Part shown: one piece after another, positions 51,931 through 64,000 of the stretch
Numbering within the stretch: the first letter of the stretch is position 1
Layout: each line of letters opens with the position of its first letter
NCBI GenBank assembly: GCA_951406725.2
Contig: OX597817.1
Coordinates: forward strand, 144,088,001 to 144,152,000
Reading direction: 5' to 3'
DNA: 64,000 bases
Source: Octopus vulgaris
Taxonomy: Eukaryota
Made by a program: the position numbers and the translations under genes
The notes under the pieces: generated by a model
Databases searched by the model: none
Told to the model about the DNA's origin: nothing
Seen by the model: the letters and a program-made list of their open reading frames with translations, nothing else

Positions 51931-54360
51931 TAAAAATATTTTACTCGCAAGAATTTTCATCTTAGGAAGGCACTCCAAAAAATCTTAAATGTGTTATTCC
52001 GTTTAGTTTTTGAGCTGTTTTTATAATAAAAATAACACAATTTGAATAATTTACGGTAGAGCTTCAAATTGCTAGCAATGAAACAAATGAAAAAAACCCT
52101 AAACAAACAAGCAAGTAAAAAAAACCGAATAAATAGAAAGAAAGTAAATAGAGATAACAAGGCACACAAAGAACAAAAGATGAAAATAGTAAAAAAGAAA
52201 AGAAATAAAGAAGAGAGCATATTAAAGTGTTCCTTCAGTCGGACCACTGGATAAATGCAGGCCGATAGCTGCTGGATTTAAGATGAATGTGTCTAGTGAT
52301 AGAGACTAAATTTCTTCTCGTGCATGCAGGTGTTTAATATCTCTGGTTTAGCATTCTGATATAATCCAAGGATATGATATTTTTCGAAGTTTAACCGTTC
52401 CTTGGCGGTGCTGAGTACATATTTTCTACTAGCATTCACGAAAATTTACACTTATGACAATTTCCGTATATTTCTCTTCCAAGAGCTGGACGTAGTTTGT
52501 AAGCTTTGTTATAATGTAACTCACGAAAGCTATTTCATTGTGTTGCTACTTTATGTATGAAAAGCTCAGGATTTAAAATGAGTAATTCCTCTGAGATATT
52601 TTGGAGCGACTATCCTTAAATCAAATTATCAAAATTATTTTTATGATAAATCATAAATAAGTTTTTTATTCATAAATAATTCCTTTTAGTAGTAATTTAA
52701 ATAAGGTCAGCTAGTGATGTAAAAAAATTTACAAGTTCCATCTAACAACTGTAATCTTTCTTTTGTTTCCTACTGTTCCATCCCAAATAATTATCCTCTA
52801 AATGTTAATCGTCTATCGAAAGCTTTAAACTATATAAATCTAACCCAAGAACAATAGTTCTCTCAGATCTTATACGGGATTCACTGAAAATTGTTTTGAA
52901 ATTGGATATTTTCAACACCTCTACACATTCAGAAAACACGAAGGGAAACGTGACACAATTTTGTTTTCAAACACACCCGGTTCTTTAAAGAAACAGCATC
53001 TGTTGTATTTCAAATCTAATTGTCTAATCTCAGTCACGCTATTTCTTATATACATAGTAATTCCTTTCCGAATCTCTACTGCAAGCATTGAATGAGAAAT
53101 ATTATAATTATAGTGGATTAAATTAGCAATTAGAGATGCCTACTTATTGAAGCTATTGTTCCAAATTTCTACTTTGTAATTATATATCTCCAAATGGTTA
53201 AATTGGAACAACAGAAAACATAGCAATTGGATTAACACGCTAACATTTTTATCTCCATTTTCTCTCTTTGCTTTTAAAGTTCTTTAAAGATTAGCTTAAC
53301 CATTAATAACTGTTTCCCTTGCACTGCCTTTATTGTTTCTCCCTCACACATGCATATCTCATTAATTGCACTCACACAGACACATATAAATCACCGGCGA
53401 TGTACTTACTTCACAAAGTACACTATAATTAGTCTTAGCGAAGAATTTTTCGTTAATATTGTCCAACAAATATTTATACAAAGAACGAATTATTTGGAAC
53501 TGTTACATAATTCAATTAAGTGGAAGCAAGTCTTCCGTTTCAGAACGTTTTGTTTCGAGAACTCTCTTTTCAAACCGAGTAAAAGAAAAAACAAAACAGA
53601 AACAAACGAACCCAGAATCTCACGGTGTCAGCGGCCACGTGGAGCTGACTATAAAATTTCCTGAAAAGCACAATAATTCCTCTCCAAACAAATATATATA
53701 CGTATATTTATGTTTTCCTTTGGATGTAACTTAAATACTTTTTGGGCAAAATTTAAGCTGGCCACAACCAAAGTGACGGCTTTTTTGCTTAAATAAAGGC
53801 AGCTCTTGAGGTGTAAATGTAGGCCTGCGTTTAAATTAGTCCTCGTGTATGTCACTTTATTACACTATCATGACTATTTTGTTGGTGTTTATGTGTTATT
53901 AACCCTTTAGCATTCAGATTATTCTCTCAAATATAATGCTTATTAACTCGCAGTGTTTCCAATTAATAATACATTATCTTGTAACTTTGAGATTTCGATG
54001 ATGCATTTGGCGGTGAGCTGGCAGAAACGTTAGCACGTCGGGCGAAATGCGTAGCCGTATTTCGTCTGCCGTTACGTTCTGAGTTCAAATTCCGCTGAGG
54101 TCGACTTTGCCTGTCATTCTTTCGGGGTCGATAAATTAAGTACCAGGTGCCCAAGGTGTCACGCAATGGGACTGAACCCGGAACCATGTGGTTGGTAAGC
54201 AAGCTACTTACCACACAGCCACTCCTGCACTATACAGACAAAATCTTCACTCATTTTTAAAGGAATTCCACACGGGACATCCAGGAAATTCTTGGAAGAA
54301 GTCGGTTGATGGTCGTAATGCCTACTACTCTACAAGGTCGGATGTTAAAGGAATTCTCGA

Positions 54361-54618
54361 CCGGTTTTTCGGTTTCCTTGGAATGTAGGTTCCCCACTTG
54401 GACGGGACGCTGGTCCGTCGCAGGTGTGCTGTAAGAGGAAAGAGTGAGAGAATGCTGTAGCGAAAGAGTCAGCAGAAGTTCGCCATTACCTTCTGCCGGA
54501 GCCGCGTGGAGCTTAGGTGTTTCGCTCATAAACGCTCACATCGCCCGGTCTGAGATTCGAACCTGCGATCCCTCGACCGCGAGTCCGCTTCTCTAGCCAC
54601 TAGGCCATGTGCCTCCAC
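54361..54618 (-). mobile_element. tRNA-derived SINE, head B plus tail 2
   Basis: Minus strand: gtggaggcacatggcctagtggctag...ggactcgcggtc...ggttcgaatc head, then gcgacggaccagcgtcccgtccaagtgggga...ggaaaccg tail. Confidence 0.7.
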
Positions 54619-55440
54619 AAAAGTAGGTATACAGTTTCTTAATATAAGAGAAGGCGCGTGGCTTAATTGTTAAGCCTTTCGTCTCACAATCTCAAGGTCA
54701 TAAGTTCGATTTCCAGTGATACGTTGTGTCCTTGAGCAAGACACTTTATTTCACTTTGTTCTTGTTCACTCACCTGGCAAAAATGAGTAGTACCTGTATT
54801 TCAAAGGACCAGCCTTGTGACATCCTGTGTCAGGCTGAACCTCGCAGTGAACTACATTAAGGCTACACGTGCCTGTAGAGTGCTCAGCCACTTGCACATT
54901 AATTTCACGAGCAGGCTTTTCCGTTGATCGGATCAAATGGGACCCTCGTCGTCATAACCGACGGAGATCCAGTTCAACAGGAGTGAGATCCTTGCCATTT
55001 CACTATTTCTCTTTTCAAATCTAAGCGACTCATAAACCGACTAAGGTATCTGCAGGAGAAGACCAGTTCATTGGAAGTCCCTCTTTTTGGTTTCTGGGGA
55101 TTTTGAGAGAATAGAGAAACGAAAAGAACATTCCACTCATATTAGTTTCAAATTTTGGCACAAGCCCAGCAATTTTGGGGGACGGGGGAGGGAATCAGCT
55201 GGTGCTTATTTTATCGACCCTGAGAGGATGAAAGGCAAAGTCAACATCAGTGGAATTAGAATTCAGAACGCAAAGACGGAGGAAATGATGTTAAACATTT
55301 TGTCCGGCCTGCTAACGACTCTGCCAGCTCGCCATCTTACAGTCTACCAAAGGTGAGTACCATTAATCGATGATTCTCTAAAAGTGTAACTATTGAAAAG
55401 GTTGCAAGACGCAACGAAAATTTTAGGAAAATAACTTAGT

Positions 55441-55612
55441 AGGCGCAGGAGTGGCTGCGTGGTAAGTAGCTTGCTTACCAACCACATAGTTCCGAGTTCA
55501 GTCCCACTGCGTGGCACCTTGGGCAAGTGTCTTCTACTAAAACCTCGGGCCGACCAAAGCCTTGTGAGTGGATTTAGTAAACGGAAACTGAAAGAAGCCC
55601 GTCGTACATATG

Positions 55613-55661
<49 letters not shown>

Positions 55662-55889
55662 ATGTGTGTGTGTGTGTGTGTGTGTATTTATGTGTTCGTG
55701 TTTGTCCCCCCACCCAACATCGCTTGACAACCGATGTTGGTGTGTTTACGTCCCCGTAACTTAGCGGTTCGGCAAAGGAGACCGATAGAATAAGCACTAC
55801 ACTTGCAAAGAATAAGTCCTGGGGTCGATTTGCTCGACTAAAGGCGGTGCTCCAGCATGGCCGCAGTCAAATGACTGAAACAAGTAAAT
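55441..55889 (+). mobile_element. tRNA-derived SINE, family A (best-preserved copy)
   Basis: A-box-like gtggctgcgtggtaag, B-box gagttcagtcc, ttgggcaagt CORE-like block, internal (TA)n(TG)n, and LINE-derived tail ggcggtgctccagcatggccgcagtcaaatgactgaaac. Other partial copies at 1-150, 27455-27620, 35935-36145, 49590-49732(-), 56385-56525(-) and 58353-58420. Confidence 0.9.
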
Positions 55890-56149
55890 GAGTGGAAATT
55901 TTACGGTGAGTGTGTTAAACTATAAGACACTAAAAGAGAAAGACTCTCCCCAGACACAACAGAATATACTTCAACACACGAACTCATATAAAGAATCTTG
56001 CAAACCAAATCCCAAAACAAAATGTAACGAAAGTTGTCGATTAACCGCTAACGTTAATTTTTATTATAGAAAAAAATCCGTTTTTGCTCTAAAACCACAT
56101 AAAAGCACCTTTAAAAGGGCCAAAACTAAAATCCTTTAACTTCAATTCG

Positions 56150-56350
56150 ATTGACGTTAACGGAAGTTAACACAAGTTGACTTGAGTTAACGGAAGTTAT
56201 CACAAGTTGACTTGAGTTAACGGAAGTTATGTGTAACAGAAGTTAATTAGTCCGATAATGATTTCCAAAGTTAACTTAAAAGTTAAATCGTTAACGAAAA
56301 TGTTAACTTCGTTAATTAAGGATTAACGTGTTAACGGTTTGGTGCCCAGG
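56150..56350. repeat. GTTAAC-rich short tandem/subterminal repeat block
   Basis: gttaacggaagtta.cacaagttgacttga units repeated. Likely the end of a DNA transposon. Confidence 0.55.
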
Positions 56351-56923
56351 TTTACATTCCACTCATATCAAGCAAGTGTATATCTACTTGTTTCAGTCAT
56401 TTGACTGCGGCCATGCTGGAGCACCGCCTTTAGTCGAGCAAATCGACCCCAGGACTTATTCTTTGCAAGTGTAGTGCTTATTCTATCAGTTCTCTTTTGC
56501 CGAACCGCTAAGTTACGGGGACGCCAGTATGTAAAGGTGCGTGTCTGTGTGTCTTTGTACGTGTATATATGCCAGTATTCGTGTACCAATACACACATAC
56601 ACGTAAGAAAAGTCGATATTGTTTGGCATTGCCGTTCCTTTTTTAATCTCTCGAATCGAAACGAATTCTATCTAAATACGGTTATTTCGTTTCTGTTTTT
56701 TCTTTTTTTTTCTTTTCCTTCTTATAGACGGAAAGTGACGTTTTAGAACCCAGTCTAGCAGAGAAGTGAATCAAAGACAGTTTAAAATACTGTAATTAAC
56801 GCTGTCTAATTACTGTTTATATGCGGCATATCATTTAATTGTTGCCAACAACGTCAATATAGAATCACATCCAACATGACAAAATAAATGAAGAAATAAA
56901 TAAACAAATATATAAATAGACAG

Positions 56924-57052
<129 letters not shown>

Positions 57053-57800
57053 CCTATATATATATGTATGTATGTATGTATATGTATATGTATATATATA
57101 CACCTATATACATGCTAATAATATAAATATATATGTATGTATATGTGTGTATATATATATATGTATGCATATGTATGCATATATATGTCGTTTAAGATGA
57201 GATTATATATGCATACATATAAATCTACATACATATATATTATTATATATCACATATATTATATATATATATATATATACATGCATATACATACAAACAT
57301 ATCAGGTATATTATTGGTATATATATAGGTGTGTGTGCATATATATAATATAGGTGTATATATATATATATGTATGTATAAATATATACACACCTACATA
57401 TATACCAATAACATACATGATATATATGTATGTATATGTGTGCATATTTATAATATATATGTATGTGGATGTATATGTATGCATATATATATGTCGTTTA
57501 AAAAGAGATTGTGATTATGTAAACCACATAAGGACTATTAGCTAGTCTTTACCAATAATTACCACCACCACCACCACCACCACCACCACCACCGCCGCAG
57601 CCACTAGAACTACTGCTGTCGCCTTAACCGCCGCCGTCACCACTACTACCATCGCTGCTGTTCCTACAACCACCACCTACGACGCTGCCACCACAATCAC
57701 CACTACCAACACGACGACCATCATCACTGTTACGACGATCCTCACCGCTCCAACAACCATGGCCACCACCACCACCTCTTCTCTCCACCATCCCCTCCAG

Positions 57801-57862
<62 letters not shown>

Positions 57863-57957
57863 ATAATAATAATAATAATAATAATAATGCTACTAATGCT
57901 ACTATCACTTCAGTTACTCCCTACCGTTACCGTTCAACTATGACAACCATAACCATT

Positions 57958-57995
<38 letters not shown>

Positions 57996-58736
57996 TCAAA
58001 CTGCTTCAGTCTCATCTCCAGCGCTAACACACCTACACCACAACCACCGCTACCACTAATAGCAACAACAACATCACCAGCACTGTCTCCACCACAAACA
58101 CTAATATCACCACCAGCATCACTTTCGCCTATATCAGTGGGTCTCAAACCGGAGTCCACGTGACCCTTGGAAATGGGGAGTGGGGTGGCGGTGGTCCATA
58201 TGACCTTTGGAAGGGAGGGTTCAGATAAGATTTTGTTATTAAATTCTATGTCCAATAAACAGGTTATACTTCTTCAATGTACAAAATATTAAAGAATTCT
58301 GTGTGGTAAGAAGCTTGCTTCCCAACCACACACACACACACACATATATACATAGGCGCAGGAGTGGCTGTGTGGAAAGTAGCTTGCTTACCAACCACAT
58401 GGTTCTGGGTTCAGTCCCACTGAACGATATGTCTGTAAGCACTTTGTCCAGCATGCTAACGATTTAGCCTGTTCGCCGCCTGAAGAATCAATGATATATA
58501 ACAAAGAAGATATGTTCATTCTTCGCGCCTATTCATGTACAGTATTATGTTTTAGTAAATCCTGTAATCTGGATATGATCAGCATTCACTGCAGCATAAA
58601 CATATACGGAGAGTGGCTCACAAACATAAATTAATTACTGGTTATATATTTAACAACACTACTTTGCTTTTATTTGATTTTTGTTTTCAAAAAAAGACTT
58701 TTTCTTATCGCCTTCCTTCAATCTTGTTAAAGAACA

Positions 58737-58955
58737 AATTTCCGAAACGTCATTTTCTACAGATATCCGAAACGTCAATTCTTACAAAATATCCGAAACG
58801 TCAATTTCTACAAATATCCGAAACGTCAATTTCTACAAATATCCGAAGCGTCAATTTCTACAGATATCCGAAACGTCAATTCTTATAAATATCCGAAACG
58901 TCAATTTCTACAAATATCCGAAACGTCAATTTCTACAAATATCCGAAACGTCGAT
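58737..58955 (+). repeat. 25-bp minisatellite, about 8 copies
   Basis: Unit atatccgaaacgtcaatttctacaa with no spacers. Confidence 0.9.
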
Positions 58956-59237
58956 TCCTCTTCTCTCCTTTCACATTGACTTTGCGCTTCGATTCATTGT
59001 TTTTCTTCCTCTTATTATTATTTTTTCTATTTATAAGCCACTCTGGACAAATATTTTAAAATATCCAGTTGATGAATGTCTTTTGTCGATATGGCACCAA
59101 ATTCGTGGAAGTTTATGCTGAGCTGAGAGACAGAGTTATTCCCCGTATTTGCCGAAATAATTAAAATAATATCAATCAACGAGCCAACAACAAACACATG
59201 TATTTTTAATAAATGCACATGTTTCAGTTTTATACAT

Positions 59238-59623
59238 GGGAAGCACTCCGTCGGTTACGACGACGAGGGTTCCGGTTGATCCGAATCAACGGAACAGCCT
59301 GCTCGTGAAATTAACGTGTAAGTGGCTGAGCACTCCACAGACACGTGTACCCTTAACGTAGTTCTCGGGGATATTCAGCGTGACACAGAGAGTGACAAGG
59401 CCGGCCCTTTGAAATACAGGTACAACAGAAACAGGAAGTAAGAGTGAGAGTAAGTTGTGGTGAAAGAGTACAGTAGGGATCACCACCATCCCCTGCCGGA
59501 GCCTCGTGGAGCTTTAGGTGTTTTCGCTCAATAAACACTCACAACACCCGGTCTGGGAATCGAAACCGCGATCCTATGACCGCGAGTCCGCTGCCCTAAC
59601 CACTGGGCCATTGCGCCTCCACT
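59238..59623 (-). mobile_element. Young tRNA-derived SINE, head B plus tail 1, with an 11-bp TSD
   Basis: GTTTTATACAT at 59227-59237 and 59624-59634. Nearly identical to 63298-63685. Confidence 0.92.
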
Positions 59624-60224
59624 GTTTTATACATATTGTGCCCATCACATTAAACTGTTGATTATTTTAGTAATTAGAAGAGGGTGTAGGAGGTGAGAAG
59701 GAAGAGGAGTAGAAAGAGGAGGCAAAGGGTACGGATGTTAATGGAAGAGTACCGGGAAAGCGGAGGGGAGAGAACGAGGGGAGGGAAAGTAGTTGAGGGG
59801 AATGGAGGATGGACTCCGGTCCGTTACAAGGTTACTCCTGGGTGAACTGGAGCAATGGGAAATAAAGAGTTTTGCTGAAGAACGCAACGCATGGAATCGA
59901 AACAACAAACTGACGATCATGAACACAACACCCTATCCATTAAGCCACGGGTTTAGTGGATTCAAATAGTGTATGCTATGCTTTTAGAGTATAGTCGCTT
60001 AGGTAGACAAAGTAGAATGGAAAATGTAATCAGATACAGGTAAAACCAGTGGTAGGTAGTTAATTGTCGGAAGGTGTTGCTTAACTAAAAACAGTTGGTA
60101 ACTCATATCTGGTCGTCATAGTGACGGTACACCAGCTCTGGCCAAGGATCTTACCACGGCGACATTTAACTAACATTCATAAGAGTAAGGCTGAAAGTGG
60201 GTGGGGTAGATAAAGGAAAAGGTT

Positions 60225-60225
60225 A

Positions 60226-60305
<80 letters not shown>

Positions 60306-60334
60306 GTATAGAGACAGACAGATAGATAGATAAC

Positions 60335-60397
<63 letters not shown>

Positions 60398-60404
60398 ATA
60401 AATG

Positions 60405-60468
<64 letters not shown>

Positions 60469-61027
60469 CAGAATAACAAAGAAAAGGAGATATAGGGATG
60501 GAAAGAGAGTAACAGAGGAAGGGAAAGGGGGAAGGAGGGAGAGAGAGGAACTGTTGCGTGGTGGTGGTGGTGGTGGTGGTGGTGGTGGTGGTGGTGGTGG
60601 TGGTGGTGGTGGGGTGACTACGACTACGGCGATGATGATGATGACGACGATAATGATTACCACGACTCTGACGACGACGATGACGCCAACGATAGTAATA
60701 ACAACTACTAAGATGATGATGATAACGATGATGATGATGATGATGATGATGGCTACGACGTCGACGGCGATGATAATGATGAGGGCAACGATGACTGGAA
60801 GGAATAAAATAGAAATAAAGAAACGAAACATCGGATAAAATAGATGAGGAAAATAACGAGTAGTAGTAGCAGCAGTGGTGGTAGTGGTGGTGGTAGTGGT
60901 ATAATGAGGAGGAAGAGGTGGGGATAGGAGGATGTGTGGGAAGATGGTGTCTGTTCAAGACATGAGAAAAAAAAATCTTTCTAGAAGGAAGAGAGAAAGA
61001 ATAGTGAAAGGGAGTGATAAGGAAACA

Positions 61028-61091
<64 letters not shown>

Positions 61092-61279
61092 CAGAGAGGG
61101 GGAGAAACAGGAAGAGAGAAAGAGAGATTGGGAGATAAAGTGAAAGAGGAGAGAGAAAGAGAGAATGGATTGAAAGATTGAGAGATAGATGGAAAGAGAG
61201 AAAGCGGGAGAGTGAAGGAGGGAGAGTGACAGAGAGAAAGTTTGAGAAATAAATTGATTGAGAAAGAGAGAAAGAAGGA

Positions 61280-61319
<40 letters not shown>

Positions 61320-61571
61320 AAAACAGAGAGTGTAGAAAGGAAGATAGAAAAATTGAGAGATGGATAGTCAGAAAGAGAGAGAAAAAGACAGAGAGAGAAA
61401 GACAAAAAGTGAGTGAGAAAAAGAGATAGAGAGACACACACAGAGAAAGGGAGGGAGGAAGAGAGGGAGGAAGAGAAAGGGAGAACGAGAGAGGAATTGT
61501 TGCGTGGTGGTGATGGTAATGATGATGACAACGACGACGAGAGATAGATTGACAGTAATAAATTGAGGTAG

Positions 61572-61615
<44 letters not shown>

Positions 61616-61617
61616 CA

Positions 61618-61673
<56 letters not shown>

Positions 61674-61690
61674 GAGAGAGTGAGAGAGGT
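60225..61690. repeat. Compound microsatellite / purine-rich low-complexity block
   Basis: Consecutive (TA)n, (GA)n, (GATA)n, (GGT)n, (GAT)n and (GAAA)n tracts. Confidence 0.9.
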
Positions 61691-62017
61691 TTATCCAGTA
61701 ACATCTGTAATGGCGAGACCGAGAAATAGGATTAACTATTGTAAAGTGTCAAATGTCTGATCTGATTGGGCTGATTGTCACGTGGTCACGTGATTCACCG
61801 CTTAATCCACAGTCAGGAGAGATGGGGCAGGATGGACTGGAAGGTTAAGGATTGGAAAAAATTGACGTCTCGAAACATTTAAATACACAGTTACTAACTT
61901 TAAGCAAGGACGATGTGATAGAAATGGCAGACTATAGAGATTGTCTGAAAATAGGATTATTAACAACTAACATCTCCAAAATAATCTCCCTGATCTTCAC
62001 ACACACACACGCACACA

Positions 62018-62064
<47 letters not shown>

Positions 62065-62342
62065 CATATACACACACACGCACGCACGCACACACACACA
62101 CACACACACAAACAGAAGGACTATGCGTGTATAAATATGTGTGTACATAGATGTATATTATAGTCATACATATATATTGTAAATATATATATATATGTAT
62201 ATATGTGTGCGTATGTATATATGTGCACGCATATATATATGTATGTATATATAGTACGTTTAAATATTTGTTGTGCAAGATTTTTTTGTGCGTGTGTTTT
62301 TATTGGCTAAACTGGCAATATGACCATTCCGAAATATAACAA

Positions 62343-62383
<41 letters not shown>

Positions 62384-62491
62384 GTACATATATACTTATT
62401 CATATATATACATACACACATTATATATAGATATATATACATATGCATACACACACACACACAGACACACACACACACACACACACACACG

Positions 62492-62544
<53 letters not shown>

Positions 62545-63000
62545 TACATACATTCATACATACGTTTGTATGTATACTTTGATTTTAACGATGGTGGTTG
62601 TGGTGACGATAATGTTGATGCTGACGATAATGCTGGTGATAATGGTGATAATGATGATGATAATGATGATGCTGACGACGATGATGATTATGATGATGAC
62701 GATGGTATACATATAATGTGCACCCACGCGTATATATATATATATATATATTCTATGTCCTTAGATTTCAGGTGTAACAAATAATAACCCATTCACAACA
62801 TACAGAAACATGCACCATATAAACACATGTAGCGTCATAAAACTATTATATTTCCTTACATGTGATCTCCATCAGTGTTTTTAACGATTGTAAAACACGA
62901 GATCCTGCAGAGCTATAATTACAAGTTTGCGTCCCTGTTCCAATTTCTAAGCAGCGTCACATCGTTATACAAAGACAGTAAGTTTTGTACAACCTCCTAT

Positions 63001-63685
63001 GGATGGAAGCACTCCGTCGGTTACGACGACGAGGGTTCCGGTTGATCCGAATCAACGGAACAACCTGCTCGTGAAATTAACGTGTAAGTGGCCCGAGGCT
63101 ATAGTAGAAGACACTTGCCCAAGGTACCACGCAGTGGGACTGAACCCGAACCCATGTGGATATAATGTATGTATGCATGTATGCATATTTCACTTTACGA
63201 AGGGCATCCAGCTATAAAAAACCAAACCAAAACAGTGAGGCGTCTGTCAAACCGTCCAACCCATGCCAGTATAGAAAACGAACATTAAATGATAGTGGAT
63301 GGAAGCACTCCGTCGGTTACGACGACGAGGGTTCCGGTTGATCCGAATCAACGGAACAGCCTGCTCGTGAAATTAACGTGTAAGTGGCTGAGCACTCCAC
63401 AGACACGTGTACCCTTAACGTAGTTCTCGGGGATATTCAGCGTGACACAGAGAGTGACAAGGCCGGCCCTTTGAAATACAGGTACAACAGAAACAGGAAG
63501 TAAGAGTAAGAGAAAGTTGTGGTGAAAGAGTACAGCAGGGATCACCACCATCCCCTGCCGGAGCCTCGTGGAACTTTTAGGTGTTTTCGCTCAATAAACA
63601 CTCACAACGCCCGGTCTGGGAATCGAAACCGCGATCCTATGACCGCGAGTCCGCTGCCCTAACCACTGGGCCATTGCGCCTCCAC
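63001..63685 (-). mobile_element. Composite SINE insertion (full B copy plus D, A and second B-tail fragments) with a 13-bp TSD
   Basis: TACAACCTCCTAT at 62988-63000 and 63686-63698 flanks the whole composite. Confidence 0.8.
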
Positions 63686-63935
63686 TACAACCTCCTATAT
63701 GTGTTAATCAAAACGGTGGGTTTCTGGATAAGACGTTTATGGCTAAGTCGGAGATGAGGGAGCGCAAACACCCATGACCGCTGTAGAGTTTAAAATACGG
63801 CTGGTTTTGGAAGGGGACGAGAGTTGGAAGCAGCAGAATTTCGGCGATGGGGCGCCGTTGTTTGGACGTTAACAGTTTGGCACGGTTGACTGGATATGCA
63901 GTTTGTTTTGGCGAAAGCACTTTTTGGCATTTGAG

Positions 63936-64000
<65 letters not shown>

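Noticed and set aside
58737-58955. CRISPR-like array
   Set aside because: Contiguous 25-bp units with no unique spacers, no cas genes, and a eukaryotic context.
59540-59623. tRNA gene (also other A/B-box-containing heads)
   Set aside because: Dispersed SINE heads attached to SINE bodies and TSDs, with no intact cloverleaf.
59730-59940. Purine-rich unique segment as a possible exon or RTE LINE end
   Set aside because: Only a vague W..A.ER..W resemblance, and no convincing splice sites or tail.
60170-61704. 482-aa and 249-aa minus-strand ORFs
   Set aside because: Concatenated simple repeats with no domain signal.

Overview
AT-rich, microsatellite-saturated eukaryotic DNA. The SINE families and repeat landscape look like an Octopus (coleoid cephalopod) genome, which is my inference from recognising the repeats. 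The only host gene I can support is the last three coding exons of GDP-forming succinyl-CoA ligase beta (SUCLG2, + strand, 2120-10967). The rest is a mosaic of mobile elements: several tRNA-derived SINE families, CR1/L2-group, R4/Dong-like and HERO-like LINE fragments, Tc1/mariner relics (one with an apparent intron), MITEs, Helitron/Helentron derivatives, a solo LTR, and Penelope-like elements (PLEs), including one uninterrupted 577-codon RT + GIY-YIG frame. The most striking unannotated signal is about a dozen minimal type I hammerhead-ribozyme-like motifs. They sit in PLE 3' ends and in short non-coding elements that mostly abut (TA)n tracts. They include complete folds, recurrent U4C core variants and an A3-U8 compensatory core variant. 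Most ORFs in the supplied track are microsatellite artefacts. All calls were made by eye and repeat boundaries are approximate.
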